Of a DNA stretch of 38,867 bases, positions 15,610 through 25,850 are shown in pieces; the stretch's first letter is position 1; each line of letters begins with the position of its first letter. This DNA is from a virus. Lineage: Duplodnaviria > Caudoviricetes. Where the stretch lies: positions 1 to 38,867 of IMG/VR virus record IMGVR_UViG_3300011405_000014. One strand, 5' to 3'. The notes under the pieces are model-generated. The model was not told where the DNA came from, made no database searches, and saw only the letters and a program-made list of their open reading frames with translations. Position numbers and translations under genes: made by a program.

Positions 15610-16099
15610 ACTCGACCTGATCGAGCAGTACGCCAAGATGCATCGGCTGCCTGAGACGTTCCGCGGCTACTCGCTCGGGCCGCATGTGGCAACGATCAGG
15701 CGCCTGATCGACGAGACGGGTGCCAAGACGCTCCTCGACTACGGCTGTGGCAAGGCCTGGCAGTACCATAGAAAGCGCGCGGATCACGAGCTCGGCATGA
15801 TGCCCACGCTCTACGATCCGGCGGTGAAGCAGTACTCTCACAAACCGGAGGGCAAGTTCGATGGTGTCATTTGTACCGATGTGCTGGAACACATCGTCGA
15901 CCCCATACCCTTTGCAGAGCGGGTCGTCGGCTTCGCCAGCCTCTTCTGCTTTTTCTCCATATCCACCCAGGATCGAGGCAAAACCCTGCCCAATGGGCTG
16001 CCTTTGCACATATCGGTGCATCCGGCTCAATGGTGGCGCGCAAGCCTGCTGCATCTGAACGAGAAGGTGCGCGTGGTGCTCGCGTTCGATGTCGAATGA
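15590..16099 (+). CDS. class I SAM-dependent methyltransferase
   Basis: LLDYGCGKA, YDP, FDGVICTDVLEHI motifs. Confidence 0.9.
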   Translation: MKTAVSELDLIEQYAKMHRLPETFRGYSLGPHVATIRRLIDETGAKTLLDYGCGKAWQYHRKRADHELGMMPTLYDPAVKQYSHKPEGKFDGVICTDVLEHIVDPIPFAERVVGFASLFCFFSISTQDRGKTLPNGLPLHISVHPAQWWRASLLHLNEKVRVVLAFDVE

Positions 16100-16740
16100 G
16101 AGCCGTCATCTACCATTCCAGCACCAAGGCATTGTGGCCCTCATTGCCGGATGACGCCTACGAGCGCCTATTCAAGGGCTTCATCAGGAATTCACGCCCC
16201 TATTGCGACTGCGTCTTTCACCTCACCATCGAGGGCAACCCGGGCTGGGGCGATGCCACGATCTGGCCGTTCGAGGGCACGACGTTGAAGTCGAAGGACA
16301 TCATGTACAACCGCGAGGTGATGTTCACTCAATTCCTCAAGTACGCCGCGTCGATCGACACGGTCTATTGGTTCACCGAGCCCGATGCGCGCATCGTGAA
16401 GGAGTTTCCGCCGCTCGCGGACGACGTCGATCTCGCACTCCTCTATCGCGACGATGACGTCCACATCACCCCATCCTTTCGCCTCGCGCGAAAGGCAGCG
16501 CTCCCCGTGTTCGAATGGGTGCTCGAGCATTTCGATGGGCCGAGGGATTGGCACGGCGACTCGATGGCGTTCAACGCACTCTACGAGGCAATGGGTTTCC
16601 CGCAGCTGAACGACCGTTTCACGTGGAACGGCGTAAGAATCGAGTTGCGCGACTACAATGACTACACGCGCAAGCATTCGAAGTACGTGCGCCACTGGAA
16701 AGCGTTCAGCAAGTCGCAACTGCTCGCGCAGGAGGGCTGA
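16096..16740 (+). CDS. putative GT-A fold glycosyltransferase
   Basis: YWFTEPD (DxD-like), DLALLYR, WHGDSMAFN (W-GDQ-xx-N-like); start 16096 by ATGA overlap. Confidence 0.6.
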   Translation: MRAVIYHSSTKALWPSLPDDAYERLFKGFIRNSRPYCDCVFHLTIEGNPGWGDATIWPFEGTTLKSKDIMYNREVMFTQFLKYAASIDTVYWFTEPDARIVKEFPPLADDVDLALLYRDDDVHITPSFRLARKAALPVFEWVLEHFDGPRDWHGDSMAFNALYEAMGFPQLNDRFTWNGVRIELRDYNDYTRKHSKYVRHWKAFSKSQLLAQEG

Positions 16741-18185
16741 TGAGTGAGACTGAAACCGAGTTGCTGCAGGCGCTCATGCTGCTCGAGAAGCGATACAAAA
16801 CCTATCGCCTGGACTACTACAAGCCCTACGAATTCCAGATCGACTTCCACAACGCCATCGGTCATCTCACCGATAACCCAGCGTCCCAACGCGTGCTCAT
16901 GGCAGCCAATGGCGTGGGCAAGACATTCTGCGGCGCGGCCGAGACGGCGATTCACCTGACCGGACGCTACCCGGAGTGGTGGAAGGGGCGCAAATTCAAC
17001 CGTCCCGTCGAGGTGATGGTCGGTGCCAAGACCAACGATTCAGCTAAGGCGATCGTGCAGAAGGAACTCTTTGGTGATCCGCTCGACGAGGCTCAGTGGG
17101 GTAGCGGTACGATTCCTGCTGAATGCCTCATTGCATCCAAGATTACGCGTAAGGCCGGGGTGCCCAATGCAATTCAGGACGCATTGGTACGTCATGCCTC
17201 AGGTGGCTTATCTAAAGTCACTATCATGGCTTACGAGCAAAAGGCGAAAGCCTTCATGGGCACACGCTTCGACGTGGGCTGGCTTGACGAAGAACCGCCG
17301 TCCGACATCTGGGGCCAATTCATCCGCGGCACGATCTCCCGCGCGCAAGCCATCCTTTACATCACGTTCACGCCCGAAGAGGGCATGACCGAGGTCGTCC
17401 AGCAGTTCATGAACGACATCCGCCCGGGCCAAGCCATGATCCGGGCAACCTGGGACGATGCTCCGCACCTGACGCCCGCTGAACGCGAGCAGCGCCTGGG
17501 CGCCCTGCCGCTGCACGAGCGTGAAATGCGCTCCCGCGGCATCCCGACCATGGGCTCCGGCTTGGTCTTCCCCGTGCTGGATGAGGACATCATCTACGAC
17601 GGCATCAAGATCGAGGAGTGGTGGCCGCGCATCTGCGGCATCGATTTCGGCATCGACCACCCGTTCGCTGCAGTCTGGGTGGCTCACGACCGCGATACCG
17701 ACACCGTCTACGTCTACGACTGCTACAAGATGCGCGGGGCGAGCTCCGCCGATCACGTCGCCGCCATCAAGGCCCGCGGCGAGTGGATCCCCGTGGTCTG
17801 GCCCCATGACGGCATCCAGCGCGACAAGGGCACCGGCATGCAGCTTGCCAAGCAATACCGCGATCTGGGCGGGAATTTGATGCTGAATCACTTCACCAAC
17901 CCGCCGGCACCCGGGCAGGAGGAGGGGCAAGGGGGGCTAGGCGTCGAGGCAGGGCTCAAAAACATGCTGGACCGTATGCAGCAGGGGCGGTTCAAGGTCC
18001 ATAAGCGCTGCAAGGAGTGGTTCGACGAGAAGCAGATCTACCATCGCAAGGACAATATGCTCGTAAAAGTGCGAGATGACGTAATCTCCGCTTCGCGGTA
18101 TGCTACTCAATCCTTACGGCATTCTGTAACAAAACCCGTGCTCAGAAAACGTAGGGACGTGGCGATGGGGGCTGCGAATTGGTAA
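16740..18185 (+). CDS. terL: terminase large subunit (P22 gp2-like)
   Basis: Walker A LMAANGVGKT, Walker B WLDEEP, coupling TFTP, nuclease GIDFGIDHP and DDVISASRY. Confidence 0.95.
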   Translation: MSETETELLQALMLLEKRYKTYRLDYYKPYEFQIDFHNAIGHLTDNPASQRVLMAANGVGKTFCGAAETAIHLTGRYPEWWKGRKFNRPVEVMVGAKTNDSAKAIVQKELFGDPLDEAQWGSGTIPAECLIASKITRKAGVPNAIQDALVRHASGGLSKVTIMAYEQKAKAFMGTRFDVGWLDEEPPSDIWGQFIRGTISRAQAILYITFTPEEGMTEVVQQFMNDIRPGQAMIRATWDDAPHLTPAEREQRLGALPLHEREMRSRGIPTMGSGLVFPVLDEDIIYDGIKIEEWWPRICGIDFGIDHPFAAVWVAHDRDTDTVYVYDCYKMRGASSADHVAAIKARGEWIPVVWPHDGIQRDKGTGMQLAKQYRDLGGNLMLNHFTNPPAPGQEEGQGGLGVEAGLKNMLDRMQQGRFKVHKRCKEWFDEKQIYHRKDNMLVKVRDDVISASRYATQSLRHSVTKPVLRKRRDVAMGAANW

Positions 18186-20398
18186 CAAAAAGGCGCATTC
18201 GTCCGAAAACGGACTTCGCTAAGATCGAGGCGTACGTCAAGAAAGAATACGACGCCCGCAAAGATTCACACTTCCGAAAAGAACACGAACGCATCTGGAA
18301 GGAAGTCGACCGCCAGGTCGAGATGTCGCCCATGAAGCGCGTCTCGATGGACGGCAAGCCCATCAATCCCGGCTGGCACTCGGTGTTCGAACTGGGGGAG
18401 CTCTCCAAAGCTTCCGAAATCATCGCCGCGGACGTCATGCGGATCATCTTTCCCGATGACCGCTCCTGGTTCGAGCCCCACGTCAAACTCGAGCGCCGGC
18501 TCGACGAGCAAGGCAATCCTGCGCCGGTCGACGGCAAGGAACAAGGCGTGCGCGATGGGGTGCTGCGCTCCCTCATGTGCCAGCAGCACCTCGATTTTGG
18601 CCTGAAAGCGCGCTTCAAGCTCTCGGTCAAGGAAGCGCTGCATCATGGCAGCTTTGTGGCCGAAGTGCGCTTCGAAAAGGAAATGACCGTTCAATCGGGC
18701 GACAAGGTGCAGCTGCTGGGCGCACCGGTGTGGGTGCCGCACTCGATGTGGAACGCCTATCCTGACCCGTCGCCATCGGTTCACGGCACCAACCTCTTCT
18801 ACAACGGCTCGATGATCATCGTCGAGTACATGCCGGCGTGGCGGTTGAAGCAGATCAGCGGCCCCGGCTGGATGACGGCTCAGTTCGACAAGATCCCGTC
18901 TGAAGAGCACACCAACAAGGACAACAAGACCCAGGACATCAAGCTCACCCGCTTCCTGGGTGACATCAACATCGAGCGCGGGGATGGCGACATTTTCCTC
19001 CCCAACTCCAAGGCCATTCTCGCCAACGGCATTCTGGTGTTCTGGGAGAGCAACGAACTGCCATTCCCGCCGGTAATCTTCAATGGCTACGAGCGCCAGG
19101 ACATCCGCGATCCGTACTACACCAGCCCGCTCATCAAGCAATCGCCCATGCAGAAGTTCACTTCCATCATGGCGAACAAGTTCGTCGACGCGGTCGAGCG
19201 CATGGTCGATCCGCCGATCGAGTACGACGGCAATGACCCGAATTACGTGATGAACGACGGTCCCGACCTCTCGCCTGGCGCCAAGAGCGCAACGCGCAGC
19301 ATGGGGAAAGGGATGAAGGCGCTCGAAATCGGTGATCCGGCCGCGGCATTGGAAGCGATGACGCTCGGCATGCGTCAGCTGCAGGAAGGCACGGGCGTAT
19401 CGAGCATCAGGACCGGCATCGCGTCGAGCGACCGGCAAACGGCTACCGAGGTGCGTAAAGTGGCGCAAGGGGCAGAGGTTCGCACGGTGGATTTTGTTTC
19501 CGTGCTCGAACCCGGGGGCTTGCGTCCGTTTCTTTACATGCAGCACATGCTGAACCGCGCCAACATGGAGCCGTACGAATTCTTCAATAACGAGATGCAC
19601 ACCCCCGATTGGGTGCGCTATGAGCGTAAAGACATCGACCACGAGGCGCATTTCGATATCGTGGGCAGCAAGGGATTGCTGGGTGAGGAACAACGCACCG
19701 AGCGTGTCGCCCAGGTGACGGCGTTCGCGTCCGGCAATCCCCTCTTTGCGCCGTTGCTGAAGCCATCCGAATTGCTGATGGAGATGTACCGCAACGCAGG
19801 CCAGAAGAGCCCGGAGCAGTTCGTCGTGGTCGACAAGCCGCAGATCCCGCCTGAAGTGCAGATGCAGATGCAGCAGATGCAGCAGATGGTGCAGGCGCTG
19901 CAGCAGGAATTGCAGAAGGCGCAGACGCAATTGAAGGACAAGAGCCAGGAACTGGCGCTGAAGGCACGCGGCATGAGCGAAGACATGCAACTCGAGCAGC
20001 AAAAGGCCGTTCTGGATCATCAGGCGGAACTGAAGAAGCTGATGAGCGACTTCGTGCTCGGCATGCAGAAGATCCAGACCGAGGCGCGGCTCGAGATCGA
20101 GCAGATGCGCCAGGAAGCGGCGCTCGAGCGCCGGCGCATGCTGGTGGAGGTGGAGCCCGAACTCATCCAATCGTTCGGCAAGATGGTCGAGCCGCACATT
20201 GCCAAGGTCGAAGAGCGCACCACGAGCGAGACGTTGCGCCTCGTGCAGGAGATGATGCGCGCGGTCGAGCAGGTGCGCGATGACGTGAAGCGCGGCCGCA
20301 CCAAGCGCATGATGCCCAAGCTCGACGCCAATGGTGACGTGATCGGATCCGAGATCGAGACGGTTGGCGGCGAACGCTACGGAATAACTTTACAGTGA
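18179..20398 (+). CDS. portal protein with long C-terminal coiled coil
   Basis: 739 aa directly after terL; QTATEV motif; Gln-rich helical C-terminus. Confidence 0.85.
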   Translation: MVTKRRIRPKTDFAKIEAYVKKEYDARKDSHFRKEHERIWKEVDRQVEMSPMKRVSMDGKPINPGWHSVFELGELSKASEIIAADVMRIIFPDDRSWFEPHVKLERRLDEQGNPAPVDGKEQGVRDGVLRSLMCQQHLDFGLKARFKLSVKEALHHGSFVAEVRFEKEMTVQSGDKVQLLGAPVWVPHSMWNAYPDPSPSVHGTNLFYNGSMIIVEYMPAWRLKQISGPGWMTAQFDKIPSEEHTNKDNKTQDIKLTRFLGDINIERGDGDIFLPNSKAILANGILVFWESNELPFPPVIFNGYERQDIRDPYYTSPLIKQSPMQKFTSIMANKFVDAVERMVDPPIEYDGNDPNYVMNDGPDLSPGAKSATRSMGKGMKALEIGDPAAALEAMTLGMRQLQEGTGVSSIRTGIASSDRQTATEVRKVAQGAEVRTVDFVSVLEPGGLRPFLYMQHMLNRANMEPYEFFNNEMHTPDWVRYERKDIDHEAHFDIVGSKGLLGEEQRTERVAQVTAFASGNPLFAPLLKPSELLMEMYRNAGQKSPEQFVVVDKPQIPPEVQMQMQQMQQMVQALQQELQKAQTQLKDKSQELALKARGMSEDMQLEQQKAVLDHQAELKKLMSDFVLGMQKIQTEARLEIEQMRQEAALERRRMLVEVEPELIQSFGKMVEPHIAKVEERTTSETLRLVQEMMRAVEQVRDDVKRGRTKRMMPKLDANGDVIGSEIETVGGERYGITLQ

Positions 20399-20408
20399 GG
20401 ATGAAGGC

Positions 20409-20852
20409 ATGAGCGCATCAAACGCATTCGAGACGAGCCTGCTGGGTCTGATCATCACCAATGTGGATGCAGCCAATGTGGGCGATGCGGCTGGATTGCA
20501 GAACTCGGCAACCGCGGGTGTGTTCTGGATCAGTTTGACCGTCTCGCCAGGCCATACCGAGGCTGGCGACCAGACCACCAACGAGACGGCTTACACCAAT
20601 TACGCGCGGCAGGATGAGGCCAGGAACACCACGCAGTGGACGGTCGCGAACGACACGGCGGATAACGACAATGCGATCGGTTATCCGGCGTGCGGCGCAT
20701 CGGGCGCAACCCTGTTTGGATTCGGCTTGGGTTCCGACACATCCGGCGCCGGCAACCTGTTTCTGATTGGCGATCTGACCAGCACGTTGGCGGTATCGAG
20801 TGGCATCACGCCCAGCTTCGCGGCCGGCGCGCTCGACATCGTCTGTGCATAG
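20409..20852 (+). CDS. virion structural/decoration protein
   Basis: MSASNAFE...ETAYTNYARQ...GITPSFAAGALDI pattern common in phage structural accessory genes. Confidence 0.7.
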   Translation: MSASNAFETSLLGLIITNVDAANVGDAAGLQNSATAGVFWISLTVSPGHTEAGDQTTNETAYTNYARQDEARNTTQWTVANDTADNDNAIGYPACGASGATLFGFGLGSDTSGAGNLFLIGDLTSTLAVSSGITPSFAAGALDIVCA

Positions 20853-20861
20853 GAGCAAGCA

Positions 20862-21053
20862 ATGGCAAAAGTGAGACTGACGTGCGATGTGGCCGAGGGC
20901 GGAACGGATCTGACGAAGACCAAGAACGCCACGCTCAAGGTCACGCGCTCGAAGCGCGGCTTCATCGAGTTTCGCAAGGGACTCGTGGTCGAGATGACCA
21001 AGGAAGGTGCCGACAAGTGGGTGAAGCGCGGCATCGCAGAGCACGTCAAGTAA
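20862..21053 (+). CDS. small hypothetical protein
   Basis: AGGAG RBS; GxVVEM...ADKWVKRGIAE motif. Confidence 0.7.
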   Translation: MAKVRLTCDVAEGGTDLTKTKNATLKVTRSKRGFIEFRKGLVVEMTKEGADKWVKRGIAEHVK

Positions 21054-21548
21054 ATGTTCCTGCCCCTTGCCGTGCATGCCGAGTCGGTCGGCGAGGATGT
21101 GCGTCTATTCATCGGCACATGGCAATGCAGGCTCTTTTTCGAGACAGCGATTCTGCTCGCAAGCTGGCTCGACGAGTGCGCTCGCGATGCGAAGGAATGG
21201 GCGAATACCTCCACACGGTTCCTGAAAGGCGTAGGCACGCTGCACGATGCATCCAACCCGCATTGGATGAATGTCGGGCAGCCCAATGACCCGCGGCACG
21301 TCTTTCGGGTCAATCGCGATCTGCTGAAAAAGCATGAGATCGAAGTGCGCCAGGAGGGCGCCACGGTCGTGCTGGATGCCAAGGGCGCGGCAGCGACGAT
21401 GCCATATGCCGCGGCGCTCGAGATCGCGCAGTTCATCCGCGTGCGCGCCAAGGAAAGCCAGCAACGCGCGGGTGACAAGACGCGGCACTGGAGCAAGGTC
21501 ACGAAAGAGCACGAAAAGCAGGTTGGGCCAGGGATAACCAGGGGATAG
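21054..21548 (+). CDS. hypothetical protein
   Basis: ORF track; abuts upstream stop. Confidence 0.7.
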   Translation: MFLPLAVHAESVGEDVRLFIGTWQCRLFFETAILLASWLDECARDAKEWANTSTRFLKGVGTLHDASNPHWMNVGQPNDPRHVFRVNRDLLKKHEIEVRQEGATVVLDAKGAAATMPYAAALEIAQFIRVRAKESQQRAGDKTRHWSKVTKEHEKQVGPGITRG

Positions 21549-21551
21549 GGC

Positions 21552-24092
21552 TTGAAAACAATAAGTGCAGTGCTACTCGCAGCGCTATCAGGCGCTGTTT
21601 TCGCGCAGGACGTCCACGTTCACCCGCCGGTCAGGCTTGGCACGCCGAGTGACGCGCACGCGCATCACGGCGCGCAGAGTGCGCTAAAGCAGAGTGCGCT
21701 CGCGCCGACGCAAACACCGAAGGATGTGATTCCTGACCGCGGCTTGAACCCAACGATCACGAGCGTCAAGTCGGGCGTGTGGTTCGATCCATCGGTGTGG
21801 GATCAGGCGCGTGCGCCGGCAGCGACCGACACGGTGCTGGTTAAAGAGGAGCACGCGGTTACCTACACGACTGCGACCGTGTTCACGCTCGCGGTGGCCG
21901 GCACCGTTACCTGCGATGCAACGGCAGCCAACAAACTGCAAGCCGGGAACATTTTGATCTATCGCACCGGCAAATATATCTGCGGCACCGAGCAAGCCCC
22001 GATCGGACTCACATCCGAGATCGTCATCAGCAATACGCCATTGGCGGCTGACGATCCGGGGCAGTTCTGGACCGGCTTGATCAGCTTCGGTGAGTGGCGG
22101 ATGCATGGCCGCCCCAAGAGCACATGGCACCGTCTCGTGGCGAATGCAAAGGCCGGCGATGTCATGTTGAGCTTGGACGCGCCGCCTGTGGGATGGAAGT
22201 CAGGCGACAAGTTGGTGCTGCCTGACAGTAGGCAGATCGCCGTGCAGCGCAAGTGGGGCACGATTCCTGACACGCCGGTCGATCTCCAGATCGAGGAGAT
22301 CACGGTACTCGACGTGAATGGCACGTTGGTCACGCTGAGCGCGCCGCTCAAGTTCGATCACCTTGGGGCTGGCGTCGGTCTTATGCCGCACGTCCAGAAC
22401 ATGACCCGCAACATCATCGTTCGCAGCGAGTCGCCAACCGGCACGCGCGGTCACACGATGTGTACCGACCGCGCGCTGTGCGACATCCGCTTCGTCGAGT
22501 TCATCAGCACGGGCAGAACGAAGGCGCAGCGGCTCAACACGACCAGCAATGTCAAGGGCCGCTATCCGGTCCACGCGCATCACTACATGGGGCCGCGCAA
22601 CGCATCGAACACCGGATTCCAAGGCGCGTTTATCGGCAACTCGTTCTACGACAGCCTGAAGTGGGCGATTGCGATCCATAACAGTCATTGGATGCAAGTC
22701 AACGACAACGTCATCTACAAGGCAGACGGGTCAGGAATCCAGACCGAGCAAGGAAACGAGAGGGAAAATGAGATCGACCGCAACGCGATGATCCTCATCG
22801 GCACGCCATCGATCCACTCGCAATGGCCGTCCTACGGCGGTGTCGTGACCGGAGTATGGGGCGACTTTGGGTGGGATGGATCTTGCCTCTGGTTCACGGG
22901 CAACGATAACTACGTGCGGAACAATATCTGCGCGAATGCACAGTATGCAGGCGTGAACATTAACCACCGTCCCGCGAGCGGCTTCGACTATCACTATCCC
23001 GTCGTACCGAAATTCAGGGGCGCGGACATCGCAATCGATGCCGAATGGGATACCTACGGCTGGCCCACGCAGCCGGCGAAGATTGCTCCTGCAAGCAGGG
23101 ATCACTCGGGCAACGAAACCTACGCCAGCAATCACGGCTACTGGGTCGGCGCATCCGGTGTCGTGGGCGTCATTCGCAACGCGAAGAACTGGAACATCTA
23201 CCAGAACTGCGTCTACTCGGCGCGCAACATCGAGGCGACTTACGACGGCTTAACCTGTGTGAACGATCCTGCGATCGCAGCGAAGGCGAGCGATGAAAAT
23301 CACGGGATCGAGATGGCGAGCACGACCTACGAGAGTGGGAAGCTCACGTTTCGCAATCTCCGAGTCGAAGGCTTTGTCGTAGGGATGGTGCTTCCGGGCA
23401 CGCGCGGGCAGTTCCCAGCCACGTCACCGGGATACACGTCAGGCGTGATGGAGATCATCGATGGCACCTTGAAGAATTGGGTCAACGTGCTCGACACCTC
23501 GCCCAATCAAGCCAAGAGCACGACCTTCCGCAACATCACATTCGAGCGCACGACGCAGCGCCCCGAGATTCGCTGGATCGTGAACGAGTGGTTGGAGAAT
23601 CCCCAGGCGGCGAAAGACTTCATGGGGCACCTCGCCTACTATGACATCAACGCGCACCGCATCGTGAGTTCCAAGGTGCAGTCGATCAATCACAATAAGT
23701 CGGGCCAAGACTTCGCCTATTTTTTCGAGGAGCAGGCACCTGGCTATTTGATGTACCACTCGACCAACATGGGCGCGGGCAACATTGCGCTCGCGAACTG
23801 CCCATCAGCCAGCACAACGAACAGAAAAACCAATCAGCAATGCTGGGATGCCCACAAGATCGCGACGCTTGCCGAGATTGCCCCCTGCACGACCGCCGGC
23901 GAGACGCAGGGATTCTGGTGCCCGCTGTCAGGTACACCGCCGATTCCGCCCGATCCGCCGAAGCCCGTGGATGACCTATCGTTCACCGTTGGCGGCCGCA
24001 AGTACAACGTACAGGATGCTGGCCCGAGCCCAACGCCAGACACGGCACTGCGACTTCTTGGTGTGCCGTACACCGTTGCGCCGGCTCCATAG
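21552..24092 (+). CDS. G8-domain / parallel beta-helix protein with signal peptide (possible glycan depolymerase)
   Basis: MKTISAVLLAALSGAVFA-QD signal peptide; SVKSGVWFDPSVW G8 start; GRYPVHAH; Asn-rich PbH1-like repeats. Confidence 0.8.
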   Translation: MKTISAVLLAALSGAVFAQDVHVHPPVRLGTPSDAHAHHGAQSALKQSALAPTQTPKDVIPDRGLNPTITSVKSGVWFDPSVWDQARAPAATDTVLVKEEHAVTYTTATVFTLAVAGTVTCDATAANKLQAGNILIYRTGKYICGTEQAPIGLTSEIVISNTPLAADDPGQFWTGLISFGEWRMHGRPKSTWHRLVANAKAGDVMLSLDAPPVGWKSGDKLVLPDSRQIAVQRKWGTIPDTPVDLQIEEITVLDVNGTLVTLSAPLKFDHLGAGVGLMPHVQNMTRNIIVRSESPTGTRGHTMCTDRALCDIRFVEFISTGRTKAQRLNTTSNVKGRYPVHAHHYMGPRNASNTGFQGAFIGNSFYDSLKWAIAIHNSHWMQVNDNVIYKADGSGIQTEQGNERENEIDRNAMILIGTPSIHSQWPSYGGVVTGVWGDFGWDGSCLWFTGNDNYVRNNICANAQYAGVNINHRPASGFDYHYPVVPKFRGADIAIDAEWDTYGWPTQPAKIAPASRDHSGNETYASNHGYWVGASGVVGVIRNAKNWNIYQNCVYSARNIEATYDGLTCVNDPAIAAKASDENHGIEMASTTYESGKLTFRNLRVEGFVVGMVLPGTRGQFPATSPGYTSGVMEIIDGTLKNWVNVLDTSPNQAKSTTFRNITFERTTQRPEIRWIVNEWLENPQAAKDFMGHLAYYDINAHRIVSSKVQSINHNKSGQDFAYFFEEQAPGYLMYHSTNMGAGNIALANCPSASTTNRKTNQQCWDAHKIATLAEIAPCTTAGETQGFWCPLSGTPPIPPDPPKPVDDLSFTVGGRKYNVQDAGPSPTPDTALRLLGVPYTVAPAP

Positions 24093-24100
24093 GAGAGAAC

Positions 24101-24358
24101 ATGGCGATATTAACCAAAAGGCAATTGGACGACGTGCGGCAGGCGCTCGTTGGCGAGCTCAAGGAAGCGAATTTCACCAAGCCTCAAGTCAACGCAGCGA
24201 TCCAGGCGGTCGAGGATGTGCTGACCGGGGGCGCATTGCAAACCGCGCTTTCTAATGCAATGAACACGGCAACTTCGCCGCTCGTGCTCACCGCCACGCA
24301 GAAAAAGCTGCTTGTGCGCTGGGTGCTACGCTCGCGCTTCGATAGGGGCAACGACTAA
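24101..24358 (+). CDS. hypothetical protein
   Basis: AGGAG RBS; 85 aa helical. Confidence 0.75.
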   Translation: MAILTKRQLDDVRQALVGELKEANFTKPQVNAAIQAVEDVLTGGALQTALSNAMNTATSPLVLTATQKKLLVRWVLRSRFDRGND

Positions 24359-24861
24359 TGGCGACCACACTACTTCAATTTGACGCATCGAGCTTTGAGG
24401 GTGACGTTGTCCCTGTCACCGCAGGCGATCTGGCCGCGTATTTCGATGTCATCAATGGCCGCACAGTCGTTGTTTTCCCAGATGGCGCGGATGAGTACGC
24501 AGCGGTTACCAAGGCAGTCGAGATGCCGCAGGCGTATGCCGCAGGGGCGCTCACTGCGAAAATTGGCATCTTCACTGCAGCAACTACGGGCAGCGTCGAT
24601 TGGGAGGTTTACGTCGAGGCGGTGACTGATGCGGATGCGATCGATCTAGATTCTGCAACATCGTTCGACTCGGCTAATGCCTCAACCGTGGCTGTACCGG
24701 CAACGGCGGGGTACATCGATGTGGTTTCGATCACGCTGACGAACAAGGATTCGGTGGACGCTGGCGACATGGTGCGTTTCCTCGTGCGTCGAGATTCGGA
24801 TGACGGCGCGGATGATGCGGCGGCTAATGCCTACGTGGTCTGGATGGCGATCCAGGAATAG
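24358..24861 (+). CDS. acidic beta-rich structural accessory protein
   Basis: ORF track; TAATG overlap. Confidence 0.7.
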   Translation: MATTLLQFDASSFEGDVVPVTAGDLAAYFDVINGRTVVVFPDGADEYAAVTKAVEMPQAYAAGALTAKIGIFTAATTGSVDWEVYVEAVTDADAIDLDSATSFDSANASTVAVPATAGYIDVVSITLTNKDSVDAGDMVRFLVRRDSDDGADDAAANAYVVWMAIQE

Positions 24862-24864
24862 TCG

Positions 24865-25620
24865 ATGGCTCGTAATTTCAACGGATCGACTGATCGCATC
24901 GACTACGCTTCTGCGTTTGACACGACAGGGCAGGCGATCACGATCTCGTTGTGGGCGCAGTTCGACCAGCCGACTCCAGGCTCCAGTTCGTACATGTTCA
25001 ACTCAGCCTCGTCTGGGGGCGGGCCTGGGTTGTTGCTTTATGTGCCGGCAGCCACGAACGCGATCCAGTTTTTCCGCAACGGTAGTGGCTCGCAACTCGA
25101 CAAGACCACAACAACCGGGCTGTTCACTAACACCGGTTGGTATCACATTCTAGCCACACATGATGGCGTGATGACGACGCATTCAAGCGTCCACATCTAT
25201 ATCAACGGCACGGAACCAAGTTACGGCGGCGGAACGAACGGCAGCAGCGAGGTCACTTCTAACTCAGGCTTCGAGCTCGGTGGTAGATCATCAGACGACG
25301 CCCGGAATTTCGATGGGCGTCTTGCTGAGATCGGCGTCTGGAATCGCGTCCTTGCTGCGGGTGAGATCGCGGCGCTTGCTGCTCGGTGTGCGCCGAGCTT
25401 CTTCCCGCGAACTCTCAAGTTCTACCCTAACCTCATTCAGTCGCCCAATGGCGCGTGGGGTATCGCACGCACCGGCACGCTGGATGGTACGACTGTTGTC
25501 GCGCACCCGCCAATGCGATATCCGGGGCTGGTGCAGATTGCCAGTGCTGCTGGCGGGACTCCACCGCCGCCTGTTGCTGGACCGACACTTCATGTGATGA
25601 CAACCGGGATGCGATTTTGA
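24865..25620 (+). CDS. LamG/concanavalin A-like domain protein
   Basis: ITISLW, WYHILATHDG, HIYING, FELGG, FDGRLAEIGVWNRVLAAGEIAAL. Confidence 0.9.
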   Translation: MARNFNGSTDRIDYASAFDTTGQAITISLWAQFDQPTPGSSSYMFNSASSGGGPGLLLYVPAATNAIQFFRNGSGSQLDKTTTTGLFTNTGWYHILATHDGVMTTHSSVHIYINGTEPSYGGGTNGSSEVTSNSGFELGGRSSDDARNFDGRLAEIGVWNRVLAAGEIAALAARCAPSFFPRTLKFYPNLIQSPNGAWGIARTGTLDGTTVVAHPPMRYPGLVQIASAAGGTPPPPVAGPTLHVMTTGMRF

Positions 25621-25850
25621 GCCACGTCATCACACGCAACTCGGGCACCAAGGTCGAGAAGCGCGAGATCAAGATGCGCTGCGATATCTGCGTCAAGAGC
25701 ACCGAGCGCGGTTGGCTGTGGTTGCCTGGTGGTGATTGGGTGCTGTGCCCGCAGTGCCAGGGCAGCGGGTTGATCACTGGCGAAGAAACGAAACTGACGC
25801 AAACACGCAAGATTATTTTGCCCGCACGGGTGGGAGTTCAACATGCCTAG
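25617..25850 (+). CDS. small zinc-finger protein
   Basis: CDIC...CPQCQGSG; probable TTG start at 25617 overlapping upstream stop. Confidence 0.6.
   Translation: MSHVITRNSGTKVEKREIKMRCDICVKSTERGWLWLPGGDWVLCPQCQGSGLITGEETKLTQTRKIILPARVGVQHA

Noticed and set aside
18266-20197. 643-aa minus-strand ORF
   Set aside because: Antisense shadow of the portal gene caused by GC-rich codon bias; no motifs
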